The notes below the pieces were generated by a model, which was not told where the DNA came from, ran no database searches, and was given only the letters and a program-made list of their open reading frames with translations. Shown piece by piece: positions 50,271 through 62,500 of a stretch of DNA of 64,000 bases (the stretch's first letter is position 1; every line of letters starts with the position of its first letter). Position numbers and translations under genes: made by a program. The stretch is from Takakia lepidozioides (lineage: Eukaryota; Plantae; Bryophyta), in assembly GCA_030704615.1 (NCBI GenBank), contig CM060733.1, positions 69,564,001 through 69,628,000 on the forward strand. Direction: 5' to 3'.

Positions 50271-52242
50271 TCACATTGGACGATCGTAATTCAGAAATTG
50301 CAAAGTGTGTTACATCACATATACCCTTTCAATGTTGTTATTGGGGCGCTTTTATCCCTTCGAAACTTATGGACCTCATATTGTGACCTAATTTTGTGAC
50401 CTTCATCCCACTACATGCAAGTCTTTTGGCAAGAACTATATACATTTTGATGTCGTCGTGTTTCCATGGACTGCCCTATTACGGTGCCGTAATAGGATAA
50501 GTGTCCCCTTCCAGCCTGTATCTTTGAATTATGTTTTTGTCTGCTAATGGATCAGTGTAAAACATTCATTTTTTGGAGATGTAGGGGCCAATTTTGGTGC
50601 CTTTATTCCTCTGAAACTTCTGCACTTCATATTGTGATCTTCATCCCATAGCATGCATGTCTATTAGCAACAACTATAGATTTGGTCCCGTTGTGTTTCC
50701 ATCGCCTACCCTCTTATGGTGTCGTAATATGGGAAGTGTCTCCTTTAGCCCTGTTTCCAATAAGCATGCCTCTAATTCTACATTTGCTTGTTAAAGGATC
50801 AGTGCAAAGCATACATTTTTTGGAGATGCATGGGCCCATTGTGGCCTATTTATCCCTGAACTCACTCTTGCTTCCAATGATATGGCTATGTTTGCCACGT
50901 GCAGTGCCTTTAATGGATTACAGGTGTCTTGTTCCAATGTCCATGGCGCCTAGTATTAATGATTATTGCATTCACATACTGCACCTTGTCCACAAAGACC
51001 ATTCCCATACACAGACCACACGTCCCAAAAATTGTTATGCTCAATTGCAAATTCCGTAGAGAGGAGAGATGAGATGTGCAATGGAGCAACGAGCAAATCG
51101 GAATGAGACTGAGGCTGGCGGAATTGGATATCATTGCTCCACCACCAATGTGGTATGGGGAAAAACTCAAAATTTACTCCCACATGTCGGTACATTTATT
51201 GCACACATACACCACAAAATTCAGCATAGTTTGCAATTGCCAGTCTCAGGCTCCATTTTGGGGTCAACCATCCTACATTTTGGCGCCTTTGATGCTTCAC
51301 TGCGGCCAAATCAACCGACACCTTCTGGACATGGGTGCCCAATTTCCGTGCCGTTATCAGGGATCATCACCCATTTCGAAGTCCTGGAGAATCGTGAAAT
51401 CCTAGAAAAGTACTATCCACGATAACAGGTCCACATTGCGCGTCTGGCAGGACCCCGGATCCTCTATTTCGGCGCCGTTATTGCCTTCACTCCGGAGCCT
51501 TCAGCCGCCTATTGGTTTTCCGGTGCCCAATTTCAGCACCATTATCCCCAGCCAGCCTACAGTTCTGGAAAAGTACAATCCACGGTTACAGGCCCACATT
51601 GCGTGTTGGGAGTCTGGAAAACTCGATTGTAATTCCGCGGGCGCCCCTTCCTGTGGGGTAATTGCGGCGCCGTTATTGGCCAGTATGCAGTTTTTCCATG
51701 ATCTGGGCTGGCGGTACATGAGCTTGGGCTCTCGGTCATGAGCGGATACTGTTATTCATGAGCGGAGTGTTTCGAGCATGAGCGTGGAAATCTTTGAAAA
51801 GAAAATTTTGATCTTCACAAAGTATTAAAAAAAATACCACTTTCGATTATTTTATGGTTTTTTTCCTGAAAAAAACTTGCCGTTATTCGGAGTGTGTTAC
51901 TTGGTGGCTCATGGCTCATGCATGCCCGCTCATGAGCTCATGGCTCATGAGCTCATGGCTCATGAGCTCATGGCTCATGAGCTCATGGAATAGCAACCCC
52001 CCTGATTCTACATTCTCAAGGTGCTCGTGTGATACTGATCACTCCTCCCTTTAAGCTCCATTTGTCATCTTCTTTCGCAATTGAAAGAAATATCTTCTAT
52101 TGTATTGCTATTGGTAAGCCATGAATTTTTTTCAGGAATGCTTTCCATTCTTCTGCTTCTGTTGACTCGTTCTTTCGTGATTTCAAGAAATCACTGAGCA
52201 ACCATCATTCCTTGAGTTCACTTGAACTCAACATACCGTTAG

Positions 52243-52260
52243 TCCCCAGTATGGTCGCCA
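52243..52260 (-). promoter_or_regulatory. primer-binding site (TGGCGACCATACTGGGGA, tRNA-Arg-like)
   Basis: Begins TGG 2 nt downstream of the 5' LTR end on the minus strand; tRNA identity is inferred from resemblance to plant Arg-type PBSs. Confidence 0.75.
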
Positions 52261-52262
52261 AA

Positions 52263-52734
52263 TGTTAACCGCTGGTTTATGACTTAGACAAAACAGGCTC
52301 TCAACACTACTGCCCATTTCCTAAGACATGCAACAGAGGCTGTCCGACGGTATGCTTTCAAAAACGATTACGAAGTAATTGTTTTAAGGATAGCTAAACC
52401 ATGCACATCATCTCCCTGGAGGCTGCTTAATCCTATTGATTAGGCTCAACTTACAGTCTCTTTGGCATGAAAGATCTTAGTCGAAAAAACTGAAGTCGTT
52501 TCGTTCATACAAACAATTGATAGTCAAGGCAAAACAAGAATTATACTGAGATGATACACATTCTCACCATCTCACGTTCTCTCATAATGCACATTCTCTC
52601 CATCTCACGTTCATTCTACACAGAGATACCTCGAATAACATGGCTTTACTTCAGAGTTCGTCATATCATCACATAAGTACACATTGAATCACTCTGAGTC
52701 CCTGAATACACACTGATCACTGATACTCATATTG
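52263..52734 (-). repeat. 5' LTR, truncated
   Basis: High identity to 35444-35935 with small indels; ends abruptly at an RT fragment. Confidence 0.9.
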
Positions 52735-53412
52735 AGAAAAGTGAATGTGGGAACTGAAGAGGAACCGAGGATGGTGAAGGTAGGGGCTGATTTGGAGCCA
52801 GAATTCTTTGAGGAAGCTAAGAGTTTGTTCATCAAATACAGAGATGTATTTGCTTGGAGCTACGAGGATCTAAAAGGGATACCACCTGAGATCTGTCAGC
52901 ATAAGATTGAACTGGAACCAGGGTCAGTACCAATTAAACAGGCAAGGTACAGAATGAATCCCAACTATGCACAGAAGGTTGGAGAAGAGATCAAGAAGTT
53001 GGCTGAGGCTAAGTTTATATACCCAATAGAGTATACAACTTGGTTGTCATCCATTGTGATAGTTCCTAAGAAGAATGGTAAGCTAAGAGTTTGTGTGAAC
53101 TATAAGAAGTTGAATGCTTGCACGAAGAAAGATCCTTTCTCTTTGCCATTCACAGAAGCGGTATTGGACACTGTGGCAGGCCATGAGATGTACTCATTCA
53201 TGGATGGCTTCAGTGGTTATAATCAAGTGCAAGTGGCAGAAGAAGACCAAGGAAAGACAGCTTTCATCACAGACTGGGGTGCTTATGCATACAAAGTCAT
53301 GCCTTTTGGACTTTGTAATGCACCAGCAACCTTTCAGAGAGTGATAAGTGAATCTTTTCATGAGTATCTGGATGATTTCATGCAGGTGTTCTTGGATGAT
53401 TTCAGTGTGTAC
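52735..53412 (+). mobile_element. Gypsy RT fragment (relative of the 35444-52734 family)
   Basis: VFAWSYEDLKGI, LRVCVNYKKLN, MDGFSGYNQV, MPFGLCNAPATFQR, FLDDFSV. Confidence 0.92.
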
Positions 53413-54185
53413 ATCCACCATGTTGAGCTCAATCCGCTCAGCCAGCAGAAACACATCTGCTAATGTGGGTTGGGCTGCTTGTAACAGGGTTGCATCTCGC
53501 ACCCTTCTCTTGAGCTCCTTGTCCAGAATTCCATACCAAAAGTGGATTGCCTATGCTTCAGTAACCCCTTGGGTCACACTTATCAAGCGCCTCATACGAG
53601 TGTACGCCTCTCGCAGGCTCTCACTGGATTTGCGCTGGAAGTCTTGCAAACTTCGCAGCTTCTCTGTCCGTACACCTTGGTAGTTCCTCTGCAACTCCTG
53701 GAAGAACTCCACCACCGGGTTGAATCTAGGCACATATGTTGTAGTCGTGGTAGGAGGAGTAGTAGCACCTTTTGAACTGGTACCACCTGCAAAAGTACCA
53801 GCACTACTTGTTCCACTACTAGTGCTGGCAGTGGGAGATATTGGTACTGATGCAGCTACTGGTCGCGTCGTGACATCTCTGGGAGGATCAGAGCAGGCTC
53901 GGGGCATGACACGGCGTGAGTTGGCAAACGTCGAACACCTGGCCGATATCCCCCTCCACCTATAGTGGCACACCTCAATGTGTCTCGGTATTGGGCAATA
54001 TCAAGGTTCTCAAAAGCCATAGGCATGACCCTCTTGAACAACTCTGCCCGCTGGGCACATGCTTGTGTCCACACATCCGGATCATCAAGGTTGAGGACTA
54101 CTGCAGCCTCCCTGCGAATAGATGCAGGCAAATCCGGCTCTCGGCCAAAGAGAAGGAAATATGGTGAGAAGGAGGCAAGTGATGG
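53413..54185 (-). mobile_element. patchwork of gag (minus), ~50-bp protease (plus) and integrase (minus) fragments; gag and protease pieces match the DNMT-Gypsy element
   Basis: 53413-53872 is an inverted near-copy of ~59865-60323; ~53872-53925 matches 61738-61791; ~53926-54185 encodes SLASFSPYFLLFGREP...AFENLDIAQYRDTLR (integrase C-terminus). Confidence 0.85.
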
Positions 54186-55322
54186 TCGGCTCAGGGGGAT
54201 CAGGCGGGCAGCCTAGATCTGGCTCTGGGGGGACAGGGAGTGTGGGAAGTAGTGCAACTGGAGCTGGGAATACTGTGAATATCGTGGGGCCAGTAGCAGG
54301 GAGTGCTAAGGGGCCACCACTGGGTGGAAGATCCACCACAACTACAACAGGTCCTCAAGGACTAGCACCAACAAGGGTGCCAGCATCTGTCAGTGGGCAG
54401 AGGGTAGGGCCACAGATGGCGTTACAACCAACACGGGCAAAACCACCTTTTCCAATATATTCAGGAAAAAGGGGATCCCAATGTACACATTAGCTAATTT
54501 GAGCACATGTGTATAGTGAACAATGAGAATGGCGATGATGCCAAGATGAGACTGTTTCCTTGTTCCCTTATCAAGAAGGCAAGTAAATGGTATGCAAGAT
54601 TCCCTGATAATCATTTCATAACCTGGAATGGCTTGAATACATCATTCCGAAATAGGTTCAGGACAAGTAAAACTTAGGATGAAGTATATGGAAGTTTACA
54701 ACAGTTAAAGCAAAATAAGCATGAAACTGTTGAGGAGTATATGGAAAAGATGGAATTGATGATGAAAAAGCTGGCTATTGTACCAGCACTAGGTTTACAG
54801 AAGACTTGGTTTGTGATTGGACTAAGACCAGAGTTGCAAAAGAAAGTGGATATGTTACCCCATAATACAGTGGAGGAGGCATTTGAAACAGCTAACAAAA
54901 TTGAGCAATTGAGAATGCTCAGAAGAGAGAAAAGGGATGATGAGGTCTCTGAGGATGAGTCCGATGAGGAAGAAGAGCAAGAGCTGAAAAGGAAGAGTAA
55001 GAGGAAGGAGAAGTTGAAGAGGGATAACTATGAGAAAAGATTAGAAGAAATCTTGAAGAAGTATGCCACAGAGGCTGCAACACATTGGAGGAAGGGTGTT
55101 TGGTGTGCAAAGTGCCAGAATGAAGGCCATACCACCATTGAATGCCACATGAAGGAGAAACACTGTACTATCTGTAAAATGGATAACCATTCTACTGAGA
55201 ATTGTTACTACAACAGAAGGACAGCAGCTAGAGAACCTAGGCAAATAAGGGTACATCAAGTGCAGCCCCAGCCAAGAAGAAACAGTGATCAGGACCACTA
55301 TGGTAGGCCTGGTGGTTATAAC
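54185..55322 (+). mobile_element. Gypsy gag fragment with two CCHC zinc knuckles
   Basis: KPPFPIYSG, ETVEEY, WFVIGLRPEL, CAKCQNEGHTTIEC, CTICKMDNHSTENC; similar to the gag at 43600-44160. Confidence 0.85.
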
Positions 55323-56179
55323 AATGTGTCAAGTTAAATAAGCACAGTGTGAAACTAACTAGAATAAAGCTAGTTATTTGTATTTAACACTTGGATTTAG
55401 GTCAAGTGTTAAAGCAGGTGTCAAGTTTAGTTTGACACCTGAACTGTCTTATCTTCACGAGAACGTCAGTCGCGCAGCTCATCTCTCTCGAGTTGAGCCT
55501 GCGCGACCGAGCTCCTTCATCGTTTAGAACTGAGTGTGCTTATGATGGGAGGATAGGTTGATGTGGGGTGGAGTCCCCATAGCTTGGGGTGCCCCTGGCT
55601 TGACTATTATCTTAAAGAGTGATAGCGATGGATTTCATGTTTCTTGTGTCAAGAGTGTGTTCTTTAGTTTTCTATCACTCGAGAGAGATGAGCCATCTAG
55701 TTTTCTAGTGCTAAGCTAGATATAATGTTTGTTTTAGCACTATTATAATATACCTTGGTGTGACACAGGTCTGTGAATGATTCAACTGAGTGCTTAACCA
55801 TTCCGGAGCGGCAGAAAGCTAATAGCTTGCGGCGGATACTTCACTTGCAGTTACTGCTAGCGGATCTTGCTGGAGTCACGCGTTTAGTAGAGATCTTGCT
55901 CAGGCTACTGGAGATGAATGCTGTCTGATTGATTCATCAAGTAACGACGGGTTAGAGGTTAGTTCTTTTTCGTGCCTAGATTCTTCTGCAGCGATCCTGT
56001 CATCGTCTCAGGGCTGCCGTGTGGAGTGGAGACGAAGGGCTTTCCGTGGGTGACTCCAAGCCAGCCCATTTTTTTGGATTGAAGAGGCATGTGAGCAAGG
56101 GTACCGTTTATGGAGAGCCCAAGAATCAGGGTATTACCCAGCTCAAGTTTCAGCGAAGCCTGCGGTCTGTAGCTGAGGA

Positions 56180-57069
56180 GCGGCCAGGCAGAGAGACGAC
56201 TACAACGAGAAGGAAGAGATGGTAATGCCGGTATCGCAGGGCACTCGTCAGTAACTGCCCGACGCCAGCTGTTATTCAGCCTTTCTGTGGCACTTGGAGC
56301 ACTAAGGTTGGGCAATGTTGATCTTCCTGCAAAAACAACAGTTTCAACGAGAATAAAGCTCAAAGATGTTGAAAATCCCAAGCTGCAGGATGCTCTCAGG
56401 GCGGCGGTTGCTAGAGACCTGGAAATTGCTGAAGAATTGTTCTCAGCTTTGATAGATGAGGATTCCGCAAATGCCAGTGTCTGGTCCAACCGGGGGAGTG
56501 TGAGGGTCTCCCTTCTGAAGTTTGAGGAGGCGACCCAGGATTTCAGTAAGGCTATTGAGTTGGCTCCCGAGGCTCCAGTCCCATTTCTTAATCGCGTCAT
56601 TTCTTACGAGGCACTTGGACGCTATCAGGAGGCTATTGCCGACTGCAAAACTGCCATTGTCAATGACCCTGAGGAGTTTGCAGCTTGGTTTAACTTGGGA
56701 AAGGTGGAAGCACGAGTACGTGACTATGACACTGCTTTGACTGCTTATTCCAGAGCCTCAGTGCTGGCTCTTGGAATTGCAGGATACCGACTCAAGCAAG
56801 CTCTGGTTCTCTTTCAGCTCGACAGATTGGGAGAGGCCAAGAAACTGATACAAGGCCTTGTCCAGAAGCATCCAAATTACACTGAGGCTCATGCAGCTCT
56901 AGCGGCAGTGCTGTGGAAAGAAGGTGACCGCAGCCGGGCAGAGGAACAGTTCTCTGAGGCCACTTCTTGGGAACCGCAGTACAGCAATATCAGGTGGATT
57001 GGTGTAGAGCTGCAGTGGCCACCAGGTGCCGTGGAAGCCATGGCCAAGTTTCTTAATATCACTAACTGA
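56180..57069 (+). pseudogene. intronless TPR-repeat protein, plastid/cyanobacterial type, with RRQLL twin-arginine-like signal; N-terminus broken
   Basis: TPR motifs VWSNRG, FSKAIELAP...FLNR, AWFNLG, HAALAAVLW, and C-terminal WPP...FL. The upstream in-frame region has several stops and no intact ATG start. Confidence 0.75.
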
Positions 57070-57329
57070 GATAAGATTTTGCCAAGCATCGTCTTCAAAT
57101 AAGCGAAGCGGAAGTCTACAATTGTTGGGGCGGCGTTCTCTCTATTCGGCTGGGGCCAGGAAGCACAAGTCTGGCAGACACCAAATCACCACTTGATCAC
57201 CTGACCACCTAATCCGTCAGTTGCTGGTTCAACCACCTGCACCCAATACCAAGAACACCTCTATCAAGACTCCTGGGTGTTCAAAATTGCACTGGCAAGT
57301 TTTCTTGAGCAGCATTTGTGGGGTTCTTT

Positions 57330-57614
57330 CAATCTGTCCTCTTTTTTCTCTTCCTCCTTGGAGGCAGCTTCTACTGCAGCCCCACTTCCGGCAGCCACAG
57401 CGCCGCCACCTCCTGATCCAACATTGATGATGAGGTCATCAACACTTCTCTTCTCCAATAGCTTGGCGAACAGAGCGGGCCAGTAAGACTCCACTTGCAC
57501 ATTGGCGGCCTTCACTAGCGTTGCAATCTTGTCGGCAGTGATGGGAATGCCGTCATCATGTAAAATCAGAGCAGCGTAAGTGCAGGCAAGCTCGTTGTGC
57601 GCCATGGCGGCCAT
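57330..57614 (-). pseudogene. RPLP1: 60S acidic ribosomal protein P1 copy, intronless, lacking the conserved C-terminus
   Basis: [63 protein letters not shown]...EEEKKED; the EESDDDMGFxLFD tail is replaced by unrelated sequence. Confidence 0.9.
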
Positions 57615-59550
57615 CGCTTCTCAACAAGACGCCGCACTCGAGAATCCAGACAAAGAGTATCCAGAGAGCAGGGGCTGCCAAGCGTGTGCCTGCGAAGGAG
57701 GATCCCAGCACTGCAACCTCTGTTGGTAGATTGCAATTCCACCAGTTCGGGCACTTGTAGGGCACGGTATTTTGACCTTGTTGGGAACTTGCTGTGAAAC
57801 GTGGGAACAGTTTTTGATGGCGAGAACGTTTTGGGTGTGAAAAATTAAAAGAAATTCGTTCTTTGATCTAATTTAAATTAGATAGAGCCTGTTTGGCCAT
57901 AACTTTGGCCTACCAAGGCCGTTTGACCCAAAACTTGCACAGGGACCTACAGAAAGGGGAAATCTACCTATCTAGACCTGGTTTTAGTTTTTTGGACTCT
58001 GCTAAAAATCTATGGAATTTTTTGAGTGTGAGTGTGCTATGAAAGATCCACAATTCTGTTTCTAGAACCTGTTGTGGTCTACATGAGAGACAAATCTGTG
58101 GTTGTCCTCCTTGTATGGTTGGGGGAAATGAGGACGTAATTGAAGGGCAGGTCTCTTCTCTTAGCCTTTGCACACAAGGGGACAGGATTTATGTTTCCCA
58201 AGGAACTCAGACTGATTTGAGTGGAGAACAGTTGGACGAGTTGATTGCATACTGGGAGTCAGGCATTAGCAGTGGACAACAGTCTGCTGTAGTTGGCGTT
58301 GAGGGCCTCAATATTGCTTTGGACAGTCAGAACTCTGTTGGAGCCAACAGTTTTGCAGCTGTAAGTGAAATACCCAAGTGGGTGAAAACTAGGCTTGGAA
58401 CACAGCCAAAGACAGCCCCGGGGACCAAGGTGTTCAGCCACAAGGCTGTGGTGTACTGGATCAGAGGAGCAGGAGCTACACAAGTTTGTGCAATCAGACA
58501 GCGTTGCAGCCGGACACGCTCTGCACAAGGCAACCACGAGCGGGGGTTCATTAGCGAGGACAAGTTTGTTCTGTTTGAATGAGATGCAGTCATTCGCAAT
58601 GAGGACACCCGCAACCGTCTCAAAGCTTTCGAGTTGAGAGACTATCAAACCCTACCTTTGTTTTCTTTAGTGTTCAGTGAGGGGGAGATAGCAGAGTGTT
58701 GCTTTGTCTCTACCTGGCAAAAAGAGAAGGAGGGTTGGTTAGAGCGAGCTACTGTAGCTTGGGACAAGGTTAGTGGCAGGTTTCTGGACATAGATATACC
58801 TCCTACACCTTACCATCATGCAGAGCGAGGCAAGTTGATAGCATAGATCAGGATTAGATCTTGCTTGGGCGGGCTTCTATTCTTCCCTTCCATCTCTGTA
58901 CTATTTTCATTACCTTGTACTCGTAGTTGCCAAAGCCTCTCTTGGTGGAGGCCAGTCAGTCCGGGGTTTTGGGCTGGGATATTCTGCAGGATCAGCATTG
59001 CAGCTGGATTTTGGTGTGGGGGTGTTGATGTTTTGATTTCTTGTGTTTGGATCCCCCCCCAACACCTGCATGCTTGACTGTGCGCCATGTTGGTTTTGTG
59101 TGGGCGCTTGCTTTCATAGGGATAAGGCCAGATTTGATCACCGGTCAATCCTAGAGTATGCTGTCGGTGGTGAGGCTGGAGTGATGACCAGCAAGACCAC
59201 CAGTGTTTCTTCTATGGTGAGGCTGGGTTGATGACCAGCCAACCATAGGAGTTCTTGCGGTGGATGCAGGTGCAGGTGCCCTGAGCCATTGGGATATGAC
59301 CCTTAAACTGCAACAGGTGCCCACCCGTGTCACTATTATAATTAGTACTAGAGCCCTATAGTGTCACGTGGGGGAGGTGCACATTGTGAGTGTCATCACG
59401 GAGTTACCCAAGGGTTTTGAGGGGAGTACGGCTACAGGCAGTAACAGTGAGAGTGGGTTCACAAGACGAGGTATTCGGTTCAGACCACCTTCACCGCCAC
59501 CCTCAACTAGTGCAGAGTAAGACACAGACTCGGAGGCTTCATCAACAGGT

Positions 59551-62500
59551 GTGCAGTTTCATTCGCCATTGTTGTGGGACGACATGGAGGAGATGTATGG
59601 AGCTACCAAGGGGCCTCGTAGGTACTCTGGAGCTGTGGGCACAATCGAGTTGGATGACTTTATCCAGGAGTTCGACAGCTGGTGTGATTTGCAGCAGATG
59701 CGCAATCCACAACTATTCACCCCTTTCATGGCGTGGAAGGGACTGTTCCAGCATTTGGAAGGCCCGCCTATGGACGATTACCACGAGTTCAGGCGAGGAC
59801 ATGAAGCAGAGATTGAGGAGTGGAGGATGTATTGGTCACCTGACTACGTCTCCATTACTCGAGGCACGACGCGACCAGTAGCTGCATCAGTACCAATATC
59901 TCCCACTGCCAGCACTAGTAGTGGAACAAGTAGTGCCGGTACTTCTGCAGGTGGTACCAGTTCAAAAGGTGCTACTACTCCTCCTGCCACGACTACAACA
60001 CATGTGCCTAGATTCAACCCGGTGGTGGAGTTCTTCTAGCAGTTGCGGAGGAACTACCAAGGTGTACGGACAGAGAAGCTGCGAAGTTTGCAAGACTTCC
60101 AACGCAAACCCAGTGAGAGCTTGCGAGAGGCCTATACTCGTATGAGGCGCTTGATAAGTGTGACCCAAGGGGTTACTGAAGCTCAGGCAATCCAGTTCTG
60201 GTATGGAATTTTGGACAAGGAGCTCAGGAGAAGGGTGCCGGATGCAACCCTGTTACAAGCAGCCCAACCCACATTAGCAGATGTGTTTCTGCTGGCTCAG
60301 CGGATTGAGCTCAACATGGTGGAGGAGCGAGTTGTTACCATTGGGTTTGGCAAGGACATGCCTGCACGAGGCGCAGCTGCCAGCCCACAGGCACAAGGGA
60401 CTGCCCAACAGCGTGGTCAGGGGGGCAAGGTTTCCCAACCCAAGTTCCATGGAGCTTACAAGGGACCTCAGGTGCAGAGGCCCGTGGCATCTTTTGCAGG
60501 CCAACAACAACCAGGGGTGATATGTTGGACATGTGGAGGACCCCATGTCAAGAGAGATTGCCCAGAAAGTGGCAAAAGGCCGGCACAAACACAGCCTGCA
60601 CAGTTGCAGTGTGGGCATTTGTGGCAAGTATGGGCATGGAGATGCCCAGTGTTATGACTTGCATCCTGAGTTGCGCCCAGGCCAGTTCCAAGGGAACAAT
60701 GGTGGCCGGGGGCGAGGTGGACCAGCCCAGAGAGGACGAGGTGGTTGGGCACGAGGTGCAGGCCAAGGGCAAGCATGGCCACGGACGCGGAGGTCAGGGT
60801 GTTGACCAAGGCATGGCCACGGACGCGGAGGTCAGGGTGTTGACCAAGGCATGGCCAACCGGCTTCAGCAGCTAGAGCAGAGGCTCGCTGCCATGGCTAC
60901 ACCTCAGGCGGTACCGGCTCCCAGGCGGGATGGTCCACCTCTAGCGCCTGAGGGAGGAGATATGGGAGGCATGGGATTCATGTGCGGAGCAGCACTACCA
61001 CTAGAGCAGGTGGAGTCTGCTGCAGCCGTGACTCGAGGAGCAGCACGAGTTCCTGAGCCACGAGGTGCAGAGGTGGAGTTGGATCCACAACGTGGGGAGG
61101 CAAGCCGTCAGGCGAGGCTTCCTCAGTCATTCACATTGGCGGAGACAGTGTCGACGCCATCCATGACACCTAGTTCTCGCCCGACTGTTACCGAGGCGGA
61201 GGTTTCTATGCCATTGGGGAGAGCTACACGTGCAACACTGATACCTGCTGCCAAGGCTAGTATAGCCGGTGTGTTGTTGGGGGCAGCCACCTCTGTGTGT
61301 CAAGCCCCACTGTTCTCGGCAACCATGATTGCGACGCCGGGGGTAAGACCAGCTGCAGTGTTCAGACTAGCAGCAACACTCTGTGAGAGTGGGGAGGTCA
61401 CTTCATCTTCTGCGGAGTTACTGGAAGGTGTAGTGGCAGAGGGATCCTCGGATTTGAGGGTCAAGACTGCCACGGCTGCGCCATGGCAAGCTGCAGCTGC
61501 CAGGTTGACGGAGCTGCCAGCTAGGCCAGCCTTTGAGCGCGCCATGGTGACACCTGGAGTTGTCTTGTTAGACAACCAGGGAGGCATTTTTACTTTGAGT
61601 GGACCGGCAGGCAAGAAGTACCGGCCACTGCGGGTCTTGTTGGACTCGGGAGCTCAGCCATTGATGTTGGGCAGAGCTGCTATTGCAGGTTTGGGCCTCA
61701 TGGAGGCGGATATGGAGCCTTGTCCTTTCCAGATACAGACATCTCTGGGAGGATCAGAGCAGGCTCGGGGCATGACATGGCATCAGTTGGCCATTAGACT
61801 GCAGCCGGATCATCCTATCGATGGCTCAGTAATGCGAGCCAAGGCCATTGTGACAGACGCGGTCTCTTACGATGTCCTTGTTGGTGGGGCAGTGTTATAC
61901 CCCATGGGCTTCACCCTGGACTTTTGGGAGGAGTCAGCATTCTACAGGCCTGGATGGCAGTCAGGGGATGGTCGTCATCCACAGCTCCCTGTGACATTCA
62001 TTGGGGGTATTGCGGCTGCCCAACGGGGCAAGATGCCAACACTAGCCGCCTTTACAGCTGCAGTTAGTTGGCCTGGAAGGTTGCTGGAAGGCAATGCCCA
62101 TGCAGAGGATGTGCCACCTCCAGCAGAGCAGGATGACATGCATGGTATGGTGGAGTTGCCTGCCATGGTTGCTCACACTCCATTGTGGGGTACGAGCAAG
62201 GATTTGCAGCAGGTTGCTGATCGACGGGTGCAACAAGCCTGGGTAGAGGCTTTTGTACCGTCAGGAGAGGAGGAGAGTGCAGGACCACCTCAGTTGTTAC
62301 CATTGGATACCACACCTATTGTGTGGCAGTATCCGGATGAAGGCATTTGCCTTCTGGACTTGTTTGGCGGGATCAGCACCGGATTGGCTGCTGTGCTACA
62401 GGCAGGTGTGCGGGTAAGGCGTTACCTGTATGTGGAGAGGGATGAGACTGCACGACGCGTCTCACTGCGCCATGTGGCTCAGTTGGTACAACAGTACCCT

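Larger units (their letters stand above)
45104..52001. mobile_element. Mutator-like element (MULE-2), internally deleted, with TIRs and 9-bp TSD
   Basis: TSD CTGATTCTA at 45095-45103 and 52002-52010; termini GAGGTTTACTATTTCATGAGC... and ...GCTCATGGAATAGCAACCCCC with CATGAGC repeats; contains transposase and methyltransferase remnants. Confidence 0.9.
35444..52734 (-). mobile_element. Ty3/Gypsy LTR retrotransposon (non-chromovirus-like, with extra 3' ORF), degenerate, interrupted by MULE-2
   Basis: 3' LTR 35444-36341, G-rich PPT 36342-36370, extra ORFs, IN-RH-RT-gag on the minus strand (39800-44730), PBS 52243-52260 and truncated 5' LTR 52263-52734. Confidence 0.92.

Noticed and set aside
57800-59150. 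Short ORFs (for example 58115-58582)
   Set aside because: No recognisable motifs; left unassigned.
59150-59550. 5' LTR and PBS of the DNMT-Gypsy element
   Set aside because: TG/CA candidates and a TATA-like tract exist, but there is no partner LTR in the window and no clear tRNA PBS.
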